A DNA stretch of 64,000 bases from positions 224,001-288,000 of the forward strand of contig OZ242383.1 in the NCBI GenBank assembly GCA_965209155.1. The letters are read 5' to 3'. Within the stretch, counting starts at the first letter, position 1, and each line of letters opens with the position of its first letter. The stretch is from a bacterium. GTDB lineage: Bacteria; SAR324; NAC60-12. The translations under genes were made by a program, and so were the position numbers. The notes under the pieces are model-generated. The model worked only from the letters and a program-made list of their open reading frames with translations, ran no database searches and was not told the DNA's origin. Below, piece after piece: positions 10,065-20,199 of this stretch.

Positions 10065-10586
10065 ATGGGAGCAGAAAGACAATTCATACCTTTAGACATT
10101 GCAATCCTCACCGTTTCCGATACTCGCACGGAAGCCAATGACATGTCCGGGAAAACCCTGGTGGATCGTCTGCAAGAAGCCGGGCACCGTCTATCCTCCA
10201 AATGCATAGTCCCGGATAACATTTACCAAATCCGAGCCGTGGTATCTCAATGGATTGCCGACGAGACTATTGATGTGGTGATTTCCACGGGAGGTACCGG
10301 GGTCACGGGGAGAGACGGAACCCCGGAAGCGATCCAACCTTTGTTTGATAAAGAAATTGAGGGGTTCGGAGAATTGTTCCGTTCTATTTCCTATACCGAT
10401 ATAAAAACATCCACGGTACAATCAAGAGCAGTTGCCGGAGTGAGTAATGGCACTTATCTTTTCTGCTTGCCGGGTTCCTCGGGAGCTTGTCGTACCGGCT
10501 GGGACGAAATCCTCAGGGAGCAGTTGGATTATCGTCACATGCCTTGCAATTTTGCCGAATTGATTCCACGACTGAAAGAGCACTGA
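10065..10586 (+). CDS. moaB: Molybdenum cofactor biosynthesis protein B
   Basis: IAILTVSD, STGGTGVTGRDGTPEA, GFGELFR, LPGS and PCNF motifs. Confidence 0.93.
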   Translation: MGAERQFIPLDIAILTVSDTRTEANDMSGKTLVDRLQEAGHRLSSKCIVPDNIYQIRAVVSQWIADETIDVVISTGGTGVTGRDGTPEAIQPLFDKEIEGFGELFRSISYTDIKTSTVQSRAVAGVSNGTYLFCLPGSSGACRTGWDEILREQLDYRHMPCNFAELIPRLKEH

Positions 10587-10591
10587 ATAAC

Positions 10592-11515
10592 ATGCAAACG
10601 GGGTTCGAATCTTTTCCAATAGCCATCCGTAAGGAACTCGTACGTCTTAGTCACAAAAAAGGAGTATTGGAAGCAGGTACCGTAGAATGGATGCTCAAAG
10701 AGTTGGATATACCCCTTGCGCAATTGATGATTCGCTTGTTGCCCTTCGCGGCTCAATACGCCATGGTACCCATTTCGAACTTCCGGGTGGGAGTGGTGGC
10801 GCAAGGCGGTGTTGTATCTGCTTCGGGAGCGGCTGATTTATACCTCGGTGCCAATATCGAATTCGCAGGACAGGCTCTCAGCACCTCGATCCATGCGGAA
10901 CAATCTGCAGTTATCAATGCCTGGATTCACGGAGAATCTCGTTTGCATTTCCTCGCCACGTCGGCAGCTCCTTGTGGATATTGTCGACAATTTCTCAAGG
11001 AAGTCGTTGCTGACGAACTCCTCACTCTTTTACTTGAGGGCGATGATGAAGAACCAATCATTACCCCTTTTTCCGACTATTTACCCAATGCCTTTGGTCC
11101 TCATAACCTGGGTTTTGCCGGTGGTTTATTGCATTCATCCGGGGAAATACAACCATTGATATTAAAAAGCGACTCGAACGATCCTCTGGTTTTGCAAGCG
11201 CTGGAAGCCGCCCGTCGTTCTTATGCGCCTTATACGAAAAATTATGCGGGATGCGCCCTGAAAACTTCGGATGGAGCAGTCTACACAGGGCGTATTGCCG
11301 AAAATGCCGCATACAATCCCAGTATCTCGCCTTTACAGTCGGCTATTGCCTTCATGAATATGAATCACCCATTACACTGTCCCAGGCCCCTTGTTCAGGC
11401 CGTCCTTGTAGAAGTCCCAACTCGAGCGAGTCAGCATGATGCCACAGAAGTCTTGATTTCCAAATTCGCTACGGACGTCAAACTGCAATATCATCAAGCA
11501 CGGATTTTCTCGTGA
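10592..11515 (+). CDS. cdd: Cytidine deaminase (two-domain, homodimeric type)
   Basis: PISNFRVG, HAEQ, PCGYCRQ Zn motifs, then SYAPY and ENAAYNPS; ATG at 10592 just after the moaB stop. Confidence 0.92.
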   Translation: MQTGFESFPIAIRKELVRLSHKKGVLEAGTVEWMLKELDIPLAQLMIRLLPFAAQYAMVPISNFRVGVVAQGGVVSASGAADLYLGANIEFAGQALSTSIHAEQSAVINAWIHGESRLHFLATSAAPCGYCRQFLKEVVADELLTLLLEGDDEEPIITPFSDYLPNAFGPHNLGFAGGLLHSSGEIQPLILKSDSNDPLVLQALEAARRSYAPYTKNYAGCALKTSDGAVYTGRIAENAAYNPSISPLQSAIAFMNMNHPLHCPRPLVQAVLVEVPTRASQHDATEVLISKFATDVKLQYHQARIFS

Positions 11516-11619
11516 ATTATAAAAAAATTTTTATTTTAAAAAATGTTGTTTTCTTCGATTAAAACATGTATAAAGATGGAGTCTGTTCAATTCATTTCAA
11601 TTTTTCAGAGGAGATTCTC

Positions 11620-11925
11620 ATGAAAAAATTAACATTAGCAATATTGGTATTGTTTGTTTTCAGTACAGGAACTGTAGTAGCTGGTGGATTTGGTAGTGGT
11701 TGCGGTTTTGGTGGTCATTCAGAAAAGGAAATGACGAGCGTCCAACCTTCCCGAACCATAATCCTGTTGGAATTGGATGACATGCGTGTGGAACTGACAG
11801 ATTATTCTGCTAAAGACAAGCGCTACAATGTCACCGACCTGTCTGGAGAAATTCTAGCCTCAAATCTGACGGAAGAAGATCTTTCCAATCAGTTCCCGGA
11901 ATTATTCGATGCCTTGCAAGGATAA
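11620..11925 (+). CDS. Small exported hypothetical protein
   Basis: GAGGAG RBS, signal-peptide-like MKKLTLAILVLFVFSTGTVVA, downstream hairpin. Confidence 0.7.
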   Translation: MKKLTLAILVLFVFSTGTVVAGGFGSGCGFGGHSEKEMTSVQPSRTIILLELDDMRVELTDYSAKDKRYNVTDLSGEILASNLTEEDLSNQFPELFDALQG

Positions 11926-11953
11926 TTTTTTCTCTTTTTCAGGTTAGTTGATT

Positions 11954-11983
11954 GTGTCCCCGGGAACTTCGTCTCGGGGATAC
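11954..11983 (+). terminator. GC-rich hairpin, possible intrinsic terminator
   Basis: GTGTCCCCGGGA-ACTTCG-TCTCGGGGATAC after the stop codon; U-tail weak. Confidence 0.45.
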
Positions 11984-12372
11984 CTCTTCCTTGAATTCCC
12001 CGCCTGCTCGACGTTACAGCTTTTACGGAAATTTTTCACTCCTCTCAATCCGTCTCTTCCATCGCTTCAACCGTTGATTCATTTAATACCTGCTTGGGAA
12101 CCCTGACCTGAAAAGAGATTCCCATGCTTGCTACACATTTGGATCAAGTGGGATCCTCCCTTGCTTGACCACTTTTTTCCCCTTTAAATTGCCCTCCACC
12201 AATACCCCTGAGGTTCTCCCCGGATTCCAGACTCCTGCCCCAAAACCATAGAGTTTTGCTGCACCTATCTTGAATCAGCTCAGAAAAAGGGATCGAAAAG
12301 AAAGAAAAGATGTTCAACCATCCTCAATAATATCAATAACCTGCATTTCAAAAAAAATATTATCAAAAAATC

Positions 12373-12400
12373 TTGACATATATAGCACCTATCGTACCAT
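12373..12400 (+). promoter_or_regulatory. Sigma70-like promoter candidate
   Basis: TTGACA-N16-TACCAT with AT-rich upstream sequence. Confidence 0.45.
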
Positions 12401-12510
12401 GGGATTGTTTGGGGATGAAGGAAATAAATCAAGTATTTTGGAAGCAATTCCTCTTGAAGGAAAGGAGGTGCACCAGACGTAAATTAAATATATCCAATTA
12501 AATTAAAAAT

Positions 12511-13068
12511 GAACTACCCCGCAGCAGAGCTACGGGGTATCGGAACTCAGCACAACTCCAACTCTAATTGCTGATGATGGAGCTTTTGATACTCGTTTTC
12601 AGAACCTTGATTTTTTACATACTGGCGAATAGCATCTTCGCTTGCAGCATGTCGCCCAACAGTGCTGATGAAGTATCCCTTTGACCAGAATTCGCCGCCC
12701 CATAGCTGCTTTTTGATGGAGGGCACTCTTTTGAAAATTTCTTTAGCTGTAATACTTTTGACTGTCTTTACAATCTTTGTTGGACTATATGAAGGGACTG
12801 ATTGGATCAAGAAATGGACATGATCCCGATCTGTTCCTATCTCAATAAATGCAATCTCGTAACGCTGAGCAATTTCCAAGCTAATCTCTTTTAGAGTCAT
12901 ATCCACCTCATCGGTGAACACTACTCGACGGTATTTAGCCGGACAAACCAAATGGTACAATAATACCGAAACGTTATGACTTTTGTGGATATATTCGCTC
13001 ATGAGAGCGAAAATACACCACACGAAAAAGCGAAGCAAGCTTCGGGGAATTAGACCCGAAGAGATTAA
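12511..13068 (-). mobile_element. IS200/IS605-family element (tnpA only); ends approximate
   Basis: Subterminal hairpins TACCCCGCAGC-AGA-GCTACGGGGTA (about 12515-12539) and CTTCGGG...CCCGAAG (about 13040-13061) flank a Y1 transposase. Confidence 0.85.
12547..13002 (-). CDS. tnpA: IS200/IS605 Y1 (HUH) transposase
   Basis: YHLVCPAKYRR, HUH motif DHVHFL, LWGGEFWSKGYF and catalytic YVKNQ. Confidence 0.95.
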   Translation of the reverse strand: MSEYIHKSHNVSVLLYHLVCPAKYRRVVFTDEVDMTLKEISLEIAQRYEIAFIEIGTDRDHVHFLIQSVPSYSPTKIVKTVKSITAKEIFKRVPSIKKQLWGGEFWSKGYFISTVGRHAASEDAIRQYVKNQGSENEYQKLHHQQLELELC

Positions 13069-13072
13069 ATTA

Positions 13073-13210
13073 ACTTCTGACAAAAGAGGGACTATGAAAG
13101 TAAAAATGAAAATGCATCAACAACCATTCACTTCTACCAATGGAGGACCTATGAAACGTCAAATCAAAAATAATCAATTCACTTCTGCCAATGGAGGACC
13201 TATGAGAAAC
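13073..13210 (+). repeat. Three imperfect in-frame copies of an RBS+ATG unit
   Basis: ACTTCT..CAA..GAGG...CTATGA with ATGs at 13094, 13151 and 13202 (spacing 57 and 51 nt). Confidence 0.8.
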
Positions 13211-14986
13211 CACATCACGAAAAAAATCCAATCATTGTTATTAACCCTCATCCTGGGTGTGTTTGCCCTTGGGGTGGGCCTGGCCGCCGCGGCTGAGAAA
13301 AAAATGGTCAAAGATCCCACTACCGGTAAAATGGTGAGCGCACCGGAATATGGCGGGAGATTGACCATCGCCAAAAAACCCGAACCACCGCATACGGACT
13401 CCTGGTTCACGCACGGAGCAGGCGCCGCCCACAGTGCCGTTGTCGAGAAGTTAGCCGACGGGAACTGGGGAATCAATCGAAGCGAACACGATTTTAAGTC
13501 AAACTTCGTACCGCTCTTTGCCTTGAAGGGGCATCTGGCTGAAAGCTGGGAGCAGCCCGATCAACTGACAATTGTCTTCCACGTCCGCCAGGGCGTGCAC
13601 TGGCACGACAAGGAACCGATGAATGGCCGTGCGCTTACTGCCGAGGACGTGGTGTTCAACTTCCATCGCCTGACGGGTCTTGGCAGTGGCTTCAGCGAAC
13701 CGAGCCCCTATACTGCGGATATCACCGCTGTGCCATTCGAATCGATAACGGCCACCGATAAAAATACGGTTGTGTTTAAGCTGAAACGACCATCACCCAC
13801 CGCATTGCTGACTATCCTCGACAGTCCCTATGTGTTTATACAACCGCCCGAGGTAATTAAGCAACACGGGGATGTCAAGGATTGGAGGAACCTGGTCGGT
13901 ACCGGTCCTTTTATGCTGACCGAATGGGTGGAGGGCAGCTCGATGACCTGGGTCAAGAATCCAGACTACTGGGGCACTGACGAAAAATACCCGCGGAACC
14001 GCCTGCCCTATGTCGACGAGTTGAGGGCCCTGATTTTGCCGGAAGACGCCACCCGTCTGGCGGCACTACGGTCGGGTAAGCTGGATTATATCGGTCACCT
14101 CGGCGTCTCTCAAATATTTACGATCGACGAGGCAGAAAGCCTAAAGAAGACAAATCCCGAACTGGTACTGACTGCGTTTGCCTTTCGTTCAGAAACTTCT
14201 TTTGCGGCTGGTGTACGTCCCGACAACTCGCCCGTTAACGATCTCGAGGTGCGCCAGGCCATGCAAATGGCACTGGACCTCGAGACCATTGCCAATACCT
14301 ACTTCAGGGGTTGGGCCGAGTGGAAACCAATGGGGGTGAATGGCACGGGTTTAAAGGGGTATTCCATCCCCTTTGACGAGTGGCCTGCAGAAGTCAAGAA
14401 GGGCTATATGTATAACCCGGAAGGGGCGGAGAAGCTCCTTGATGAAGCTGGATATCCGCGCGGCGCTGACGGTATTCGCTTCAAGACCGTCTTGAACCAC
14501 CTCGATCGCTGGGATTTGGCTTTTAGAGAATTAGTGGCCTCCTACTGGCGTAAGATTGGCATCGATGTAGAGATCAGGGAGATGGACGGATCCAATTTTG
14601 GAGCAATCATACGCGAACGTACTTATGAAGGTGTAATCGATTCAAATCCGGGTTACGAGTGGAACCCCCTGGGGCAGATCGCCTGGTTTAAATCGGACTC
14701 CGGATGGAACCCCCCGAATATCCAGGACCCGGTTTATGACGACATGGTTGAAGCCGCCCAAGCCGCAACCACCATGGAAGAGATGCAGAGGCTGATTATC
14801 GAAGCAGATATGTACGTAATCAAAAACCATTGGTATATCTGGGGTGGTCGCGCGCCACAGTTTAACGTGAACCAGCCTTGGCTCATCGGTTATAACGGTG
14901 AAATGCAAATGGGAAACATGGACTTTAATGGTGTCTTCGCCCGCCTCTGGATCGACCAGGATCTGAAGAAAGAAATGGGCTTCTAG
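13202..14986 (+). CDS. ABC transporter substrate-binding protein, family 5 (DppA/OppA-like)
   Basis: Signal peptide, LAESWEQPD...VRQGVHWHD, GTGPF, NPDYW, VRQAMQMALD and LLDEAGY motifs. Confidence 0.92.
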   Translation: MRNHITKKIQSLLLTLILGVFALGVGLAAAAEKKMVKDPTTGKMVSAPEYGGRLTIAKKPEPPHTDSWFTHGAGAAHSAVVEKLADGNWGINRSEHDFKSNFVPLFALKGHLAESWEQPDQLTIVFHVRQGVHWHDKEPMNGRALTAEDVVFNFHRLTGLGSGFSEPSPYTADITAVPFESITATDKNTVVFKLKRPSPTALLTILDSPYVFIQPPEVIKQHGDVKDWRNLVGTGPFMLTEWVEGSSMTWVKNPDYWGTDEKYPRNRLPYVDELRALILPEDATRLAALRSGKLDYIGHLGVSQIFTIDEAESLKKTNPELVLTAFAFRSETSFAAGVRPDNSPVNDLEVRQAMQMALDLETIANTYFRGWAEWKPMGVNGTGLKGYSIPFDEWPAEVKKGYMYNPEGAEKLLDEAGYPRGADGIRFKTVLNHLDRWDLAFRELVASYWRKIGIDVEIREMDGSNFGAIIRERTYEGVIDSNPGYEWNPLGQIAWFKSDSGWNPPNIQDPVYDDMVEAAQAATTMEEMQRLIIEADMYVIKNHWYIWGGRAPQFNVNQPWLIGYNGEMQMGNMDFNGVFARLWIDQDLKKEMGF

Positions 14987-15128
14987 CTGCCAGACAAGAA
15001 AGCTACCGTCCGCTCTTCAGAGGCCAGCGGGCGGTACCTTCGGGAAGCCTCCTCGCCCCTTGAACGCTTTCTATTAAACTGCCAGGATAATCACTTAAAT
15101 CTTCAGGATCGCATCCCTTGGAGCCGAT

Positions 15129-15594
15129 ATGAATTATACCGATAATCGTGTTTTGTCGATACGAACATATTTCTCTACTCCCTTGATAAAGATTCGCCAA
15201 ATAAGCAGAAGATTGCCCAGGAGATCATTAAAATTTGTGGCAAAAAGGCCATGCTTCCTTAAGTTTTCAAGTCCTTTTTGAATTCCAGGAGGTGCTTCCT
15301 TAAAAATTGGCTGAGCAAGTAGATTTTCAAAAACGTAAGGAAATTGCCGAGGATCTTTCCAAATGGCCTGCGATCATTCCGACTCGAGCATTATTATTAA
15401 AGGCAATTGATTTCCAGAAACAACATCAACTCTCTTGGTGGGATAGTTTGATTGTCGTCAGTGCAATCGACAGCCATGCTACCCCTTTACTCACAGAAGA
15501 TTTGAACCATGGTCAACGTTTTGAGAATGTCACTGTGGCGAACCCCTTCATTAGTCCAACAGAGCATAACACCCCTAATAATACTCATGACTAA
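15129..15594 (+). pseudogene. PIN/VapC-domain toxin, frameshifted
   Basis: FVDTNIFLYSLD in one frame, LSFQVLFEF in another, stop at 15301, then SWWDSLIV...LLTEDLNHGQ...NPF. Confidence 0.8.
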
Positions 15595-15652
15595 CCGGAC
15601 GTAAAATCTGAGAGTTGGAAAGGGGTAACCCCCACCGCTCGGGCAACCGTTT

Positions 15653-16837
15653 TTATCCAGGGTCAAATTTTTGAAAAAATTCAGCGATTCGATGATAATT
15701 GAAATAGTCGACCCCTTGACGTTTTTGATGAGTATGACCGGCATAGACCACCCACTTCCCCAGATCTATTCCCGGTTCTATTTTTTCAAACAATGCGATG
15801 TCTTTGCTGAATTTCCCATGGATGGTTTCTGCTGATTTGATTTCGACAGGCAAGAGGTGAGGCCCTTTTTGAAACAACAAATCCACCTCCACCCCATTGC
15901 TGTCTCGGTAAAATTGAAATGCTGCCCGTCTCCCTCGATGGAGGCGGTATTTGAACAGTTCCGTAATCACCAGATTTTCAAATAAAAATCCTTTGAGAGG
16001 GTGGGAGCGGAGATGGGTTTCCTTTTCAATCCCCAGCAAATAGCTGGCCAGGCCCACATCATAAAAGTAGAGTTTCGGACGTTTGATCAATCGTTTGCGG
16101 ATGTTTTTGTGGTAAGGCGGCAGGAGAAAGATGACAAAGGAGGCCTCTAAGATCGAAATCCATTCTTTGATGGTAACCTGAGAGACACCGATGGCATCAG
16201 CCAGGCTTTGGTAATTCATGATTTGCCCGATTTGTCCGGCTGTCAGTCTCATAAACATCTGGAAGAGATACAGGTTTTTCAGTTTGACCCCCTGTCGTAC
16301 ATCCCGCTCGAGATAAGTTTCACAATAATCTCCCAAGGCCTGGGTCGGATTCAAGCGATCCTTATGAATCCGGGGGTAAAATCCATGATATAGAATTTTT
16401 TCCAAGGACATGTTTTTTTTCTTGTGGAACTGCAACTCTTCCAGAGAAAAGGGCAAGAGTCTTAACAGGGCGGTTCTGCCGGCCAGCGATTGGTTGATCG
16501 CGTCTCTCAATCCAATTTGATGGGATCCTGTCAAGATATAGAGGCCCTGACTCTCCTGCTCATCAACAATGGCTTGGATGTAGGAAAGCAAATGAGGGGT
16601 TCTTTGGATTTCATCTAAAATGGCACCGCTCGGGTATTGATTTAAGAATCCTTCCGGATCTTCCAGCGCGAATTCCCGCACGGAAGGTTTTTCCAAATTC
16701 AAATAGGGCTTTTGAGAGAATACCTGTTGGACCAGCGTCGTTTTTCCCGATTGCCGAGGTCCTGTGACCGTGATGACCGGATACTGCTGGACCATATCCT
16801 TCAGATACGATTCGGATATACGGGGAATATAACGCAT
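15653..16837 (-). CDS. AAA-family ATPase with DUF4143 domain
   Basis: GPRQSGKT, DEIQR, LTGS, SLAGR, PKLYFYDVG and EVD...EIK motifs. Confidence 0.9.
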   Translation of the reverse strand: MRYIPRISESYLKDMVQQYPVITVTGPRQSGKTTLVQQVFSQKPYLNLEKPSVREFALEDPEGFLNQYPSGAILDEIQRTPHLLSYIQAIVDEQESQGLYILTGSHQIGLRDAINQSLAGRTALLRLLPFSLEELQFHKKKNMSLEKILYHGFYPRIHKDRLNPTQALGDYCETYLERDVRQGVKLKNLYLFQMFMRLTAGQIGQIMNYQSLADAIGVSQVTIKEWISILEASFVIFLLPPYHKNIRKRLIKRPKLYFYDVGLASYLLGIEKETHLRSHPLKGFLFENLVITELFKYRLHRGRRAAFQFYRDSNGVEVDLLFQKGPHLLPVEIKSAETIHGKFSKDIALFEKIEPGIDLGKWVVYAGHTHQKRQGVDYFNYHRIAEFFQKFDPG

Positions 16838-16847
16838 GGTTTGATTT

Positions 16848-16880
16848 ATGTAAAATTAAAGTTATACTTAAATTTTACAT
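16848..16880. promoter_or_regulatory. Palindrome upstream of the AAA+DUF4143 gene (operator candidate)
   Basis: ATGTAAAATT-N13-AATTTTACAT, a perfect 10-bp inverted repeat 10 nt from the start codon. Confidence 0.5.
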
Positions 16881-17406
16881 CATCGAAGCAAAATGTCAAA
16901 CCCCGTCACTCGCTGCTCAAAGGAATCTCCCTAACGTTGAATGCTTGTTTCGCTTTTTTCAGAGAACCATTTTAGTTTTTTGATTTTTCCTTCTTCTTAA
17001 GGGAAGAAGGACTCAAATGGTCTATGTAAACTATGATCGTTTCTTATTTGCAGATGGACTTATGACCCTACGGAAACATTCATCTACTGGCATTTCCGCA
17101 ACTTCTTTTCCTTTGCCCAAGAGAATTTCGAATTACTAAGGGGAAATCAGGTAACATTCCCCAAATATTACGTCAAGGAGTCCTGACTGATACAACATAC
17201 AGGAGACTTCGGTTCAAACACTTTAATTCAATTATCCTCCCGAATCACGTGAAAACTGAAAATTTGTCCTTTACATTCTGTTTTCCAGGTGTTAGCGTCT
17301 TCAACAGTTTGTAGGAATTCCCTGGTTCACAATTACTAACTTTTCTTCCTCACGAAGAGAGAAGTGGACCAGCCATCTTTGAGACCAGTTTAAAAGGAGA
17401 ATACTT

Positions 17407-18462
17407 GTGACATCTGATACCCGTTTTACATTCGAAACCCTCCATTCATTCTCCCATCAGGTTATGGTGTCTGTCGGCGCATCAGAGCAAAACGCGACAA
17501 TCGTCGCAGACCACCTGGCTGGTTCGAACCTGGTTGGTCACGACTCCCACGGCGTCCATCGTTTGGAGGAATATGTGAATGCTATCCAAGAGGGACGAGT
17601 TGATCCCAGGGCAGTTCCTACTCCGGTACATGAGCGAGCCACCACTGCGGTATATGAAGCCGTGGGAGTACTCGGACAGGTAGCCGGCGCATTAACCACC
17701 GAACAGGTAATCGTACGGGCCTTGGAGCAAGGTACGGCGGTCGTCACAGCACGCAACGCCAACCATATTGGTCGTGCTGGCGTATACGCAATGCAGATGG
17801 CGAATGCCGGATTGGTCGGTCAGGTGTATTGCAGCGGCAACGGATCACCACTGGTGGCCCCTTGGGGTAGCACCGAACGCAGGTTAGCGACAAATCCGAT
17901 TGCCATTGCCGTGCCGACATCCGGAGAACCGATTTTGGTCGACGTAACCACCAGCGTGACAGCTGAAGGAAAGATTCGCGTGGCACGCAATGCCGGCAAA
18001 CGACTACCTCCGGACCAGATTCTGGATCGCGATGGGAACCCATCGAATCGACCGGAGGATTTATACGCAGGTGGCTCAATTCTCCCACTGGGAGCTGCCA
18101 TGGGACACAAGGGTTACGGGTTGTCGGTAATCGTCGACCTGCTCGGTGCGATGCTCGGTGGTGCCGGGGCCGCAAACATGGATACCAAATTCAGCAACAA
18201 CTTCTCACTCTGGGCAGCCGACCCCGAAGCGTTGGGCGGTCGTACTGAAATGGAGCGCTTGCAGCAGGAGTATTTCACGCAACTCAAGTCCGCAACCCCT
18301 AAACCCGGAGTAGACGAAATCTTTCTACCGGGTGAACCCGAGCAACGTACTGCGGAGGCGCGCACGCGAGACGGATTGCCATTAGACGCGGGTACCGTGA
18401 CTCGCTTGGATGGATTGGCGGATCACCTGGGTTTAACTCTGTTGAGCAAACAAAAATTTTAA
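17407..18462 (+). CDS. Ldh_2-family (AllD/ComC-like) NAD(P)-dependent oxidoreductase
   Basis: GHDSHG, NHIGRAG, TNPIAIA, GHKGYGL and LPGEPE motifs; AAGGAG RBS before GTG. Confidence 0.9.
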   Translation: MTSDTRFTFETLHSFSHQVMVSVGASEQNATIVADHLAGSNLVGHDSHGVHRLEEYVNAIQEGRVDPRAVPTPVHERATTAVYEAVGVLGQVAGALTTEQVIVRALEQGTAVVTARNANHIGRAGVYAMQMANAGLVGQVYCSGNGSPLVAPWGSTERRLATNPIAIAVPTSGEPILVDVTTSVTAEGKIRVARNAGKRLPPDQILDRDGNPSNRPEDLYAGGSILPLGAAMGHKGYGLSVIVDLLGAMLGGAGAANMDTKFSNNFSLWAADPEALGGRTEMERLQQEYFTQLKSATPKPGVDEIFLPGEPEQRTAEARTRDGLPLDAGTVTRLDGLADHLGLTLLSKQKF

Positions 18463-18671
18463 CGCGCTAATTGGCCTGGACCTCACCTGATCCTTCCGTT
18501 TTCCGCTTGATTCCTTTTTTCTGACCATTTCAGGATAAATGTTTATACGCTCTCTGGCTTTGGCCAGGAATGACGAGCTAAAGGAACATAGTCTTGATTT
18601 GCAATTTCAATCGTGTAATTTATAATAAATTCTCTCAATATTCACAGTTATTTTTATAGCTTTATGTTTTG

Positions 18672-19844
18672 ATGGACACTTTCCTACCAAGAAATCTTTA
18701 CGAAATTGCAAAGGCACGGCTGACGAGATATCCGGTGGTGGCCGTGTTGGGGGCAAGGCAGTGTGGAAAATCAACGATCGCCAAACAACTTATTCGTGAG
18801 AGAAATTCGATCTATTTAGACTTGGAAAGTCTGGCAGATCTCAACAAACTTCAGGATCCCGAGATTTTTTTTGAAATCAACAAAGGTCATTTGATTTGTC
18901 TGGATGAGATCCAACGGCGGCCTGAACTTTTCCCCGTATTGAGAAGTATTGTCGACCAAAGAAGCCGGCCGGGCCAATTGCTGATTCTGGGGTCCGCGTC
19001 TCGGGATTTGATTCGCCAAAGTTCGGAATCGTTGGCCGGTCGCATTTCCTACCTGGAATTGACACCTTTTTATTATCCCGAAGTCGAAGCCTCCGCCGAC
19101 TCGCAGGAAGTTCTTCGAAAACTTTGGTTGCGAGGGGGGTTCCCGCGGAGTTATCTTGCGGAAACGGAAGAGGACAGCTTTCAGTGGAGAACGGATTTCG
19201 TGAAAACCTTTTTGGAACGTGATATTCCACAATTGGGATTCAACGTCCCGGCAATGACGATGCAACGCTTGTGGCGGATGTGCGCTCATAGCCAGGGACA
19301 ACTACTCAACAGTTCCAAACTCGGCGATTCTCTGGGGTTAGGGCACACGAAAGTCCGCTCCTATTTGGACTTATTGGCACAAACTTTTGTCATTCGGATT
19401 TTGGAACCGTATCACGCCAATGTAAAAAAACGTCTTGTCAAATCCCCCAAGATATATATTCGAGACAGCGGCCTGCTCCACAACTTATTGGGTCTTGAAT
19501 CCTTGAACGATCTTTTGGGACACCCTGTTTATGGCGCCTCTTGGGAAGGATTTGTTCTGGAAAATATCCTGACTGCGTTTCCTGACTGGAACGCTTTCTT
19601 TTATCGGACTTCTCACAATACGGAAATAGATCTGATCCTGGAAAAGGGCAACCGCAGAATAGGCATTGAATGCAAAGCCTCCAGCGCACCTCGAGTGAAT
19701 CGAGGATTTTGGAATGTGGTCGAGGATCTCGAGTTGGAAAAAACCTGGATCATTGCTCCCGTCGATGCGCCTTATCCGGTGAGGCGAAATGCAGTCGTCT
19801 CTCCGTTGGCAGCTTTTCTGGAAGAAATAACGGGGATGGCTTGA
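18672..19844 (+). CDS. AAA-family ATPase with DUF4143 domain (second copy)
   Basis: GARQCGKST, DEIQR, SESLAGR, GGFP, SPKIYIRDSG and EID...ECK motifs. Confidence 0.9.
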   Translation: MDTFLPRNLYEIAKARLTRYPVVAVLGARQCGKSTIAKQLIRERNSIYLDLESLADLNKLQDPEIFFEINKGHLICLDEIQRRPELFPVLRSIVDQRSRPGQLLILGSASRDLIRQSSESLAGRISYLELTPFYYPEVEASADSQEVLRKLWLRGGFPRSYLAETEEDSFQWRTDFVKTFLERDIPQLGFNVPAMTMQRLWRMCAHSQGQLLNSSKLGDSLGLGHTKVRSYLDLLAQTFVIRILEPYHANVKKRLVKSPKIYIRDSGLLHNLLGLESLNDLLGHPVYGASWEGFVLENILTAFPDWNAFFYRTSHNTEIDLILEKGNRRIGIECKASSAPRVNRGFWNVVEDLELEKTWIIAPVDAPYPVRRNAVVSPLAAFLEEITGMA

Positions 19845-20199
19845 ATTTTCAAATGCACTTTATTGAGCCTTGCCTCATAAGGCGGTTATTCCGCATATCC
19901 CTGAAACCACTCAATCAAATAATCTTCTACCAGAGAATTGCAAACGCTTTTTCTCACGACCTCTGAACGATATCACCAGCATAATACCTCAACAATGTTT
20001 CCAAATCTTTGAGTTGGGGGAGCTTTAAGATGTATTGATTTTGTGGAGATGAAATTAAAATTATTCTTGCTCGATGACCTTGCGCAGTACGATAGAAATA
20101 ACAGGCTTTCGACTTGCCACTGAATTTTACAAAAGCGATGGACAATAATCCTTTTTTGATTTTCACGATATCCCATGATAGAAAATGTGAACATTTTTT

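Noticed and set aside
11680..11687. E. coli Chi octamer GCTGGTGG (also near 63084)
   Set aside because: Only two copies noticed, near chance expectation, and Chi sequences are lineage-specific.
12983..13093. N-terminal extension of the SBP ORF and of tnpA (to 13083)
   Set aside because: Read-through into the IS200 end; better-supported starts lie at 13094-13202 (with RBS) and 13002.
17017..17190. Possible gene fragment in the intergenic region
   Set aside because: Short broken frames with no family motif I can recognise.
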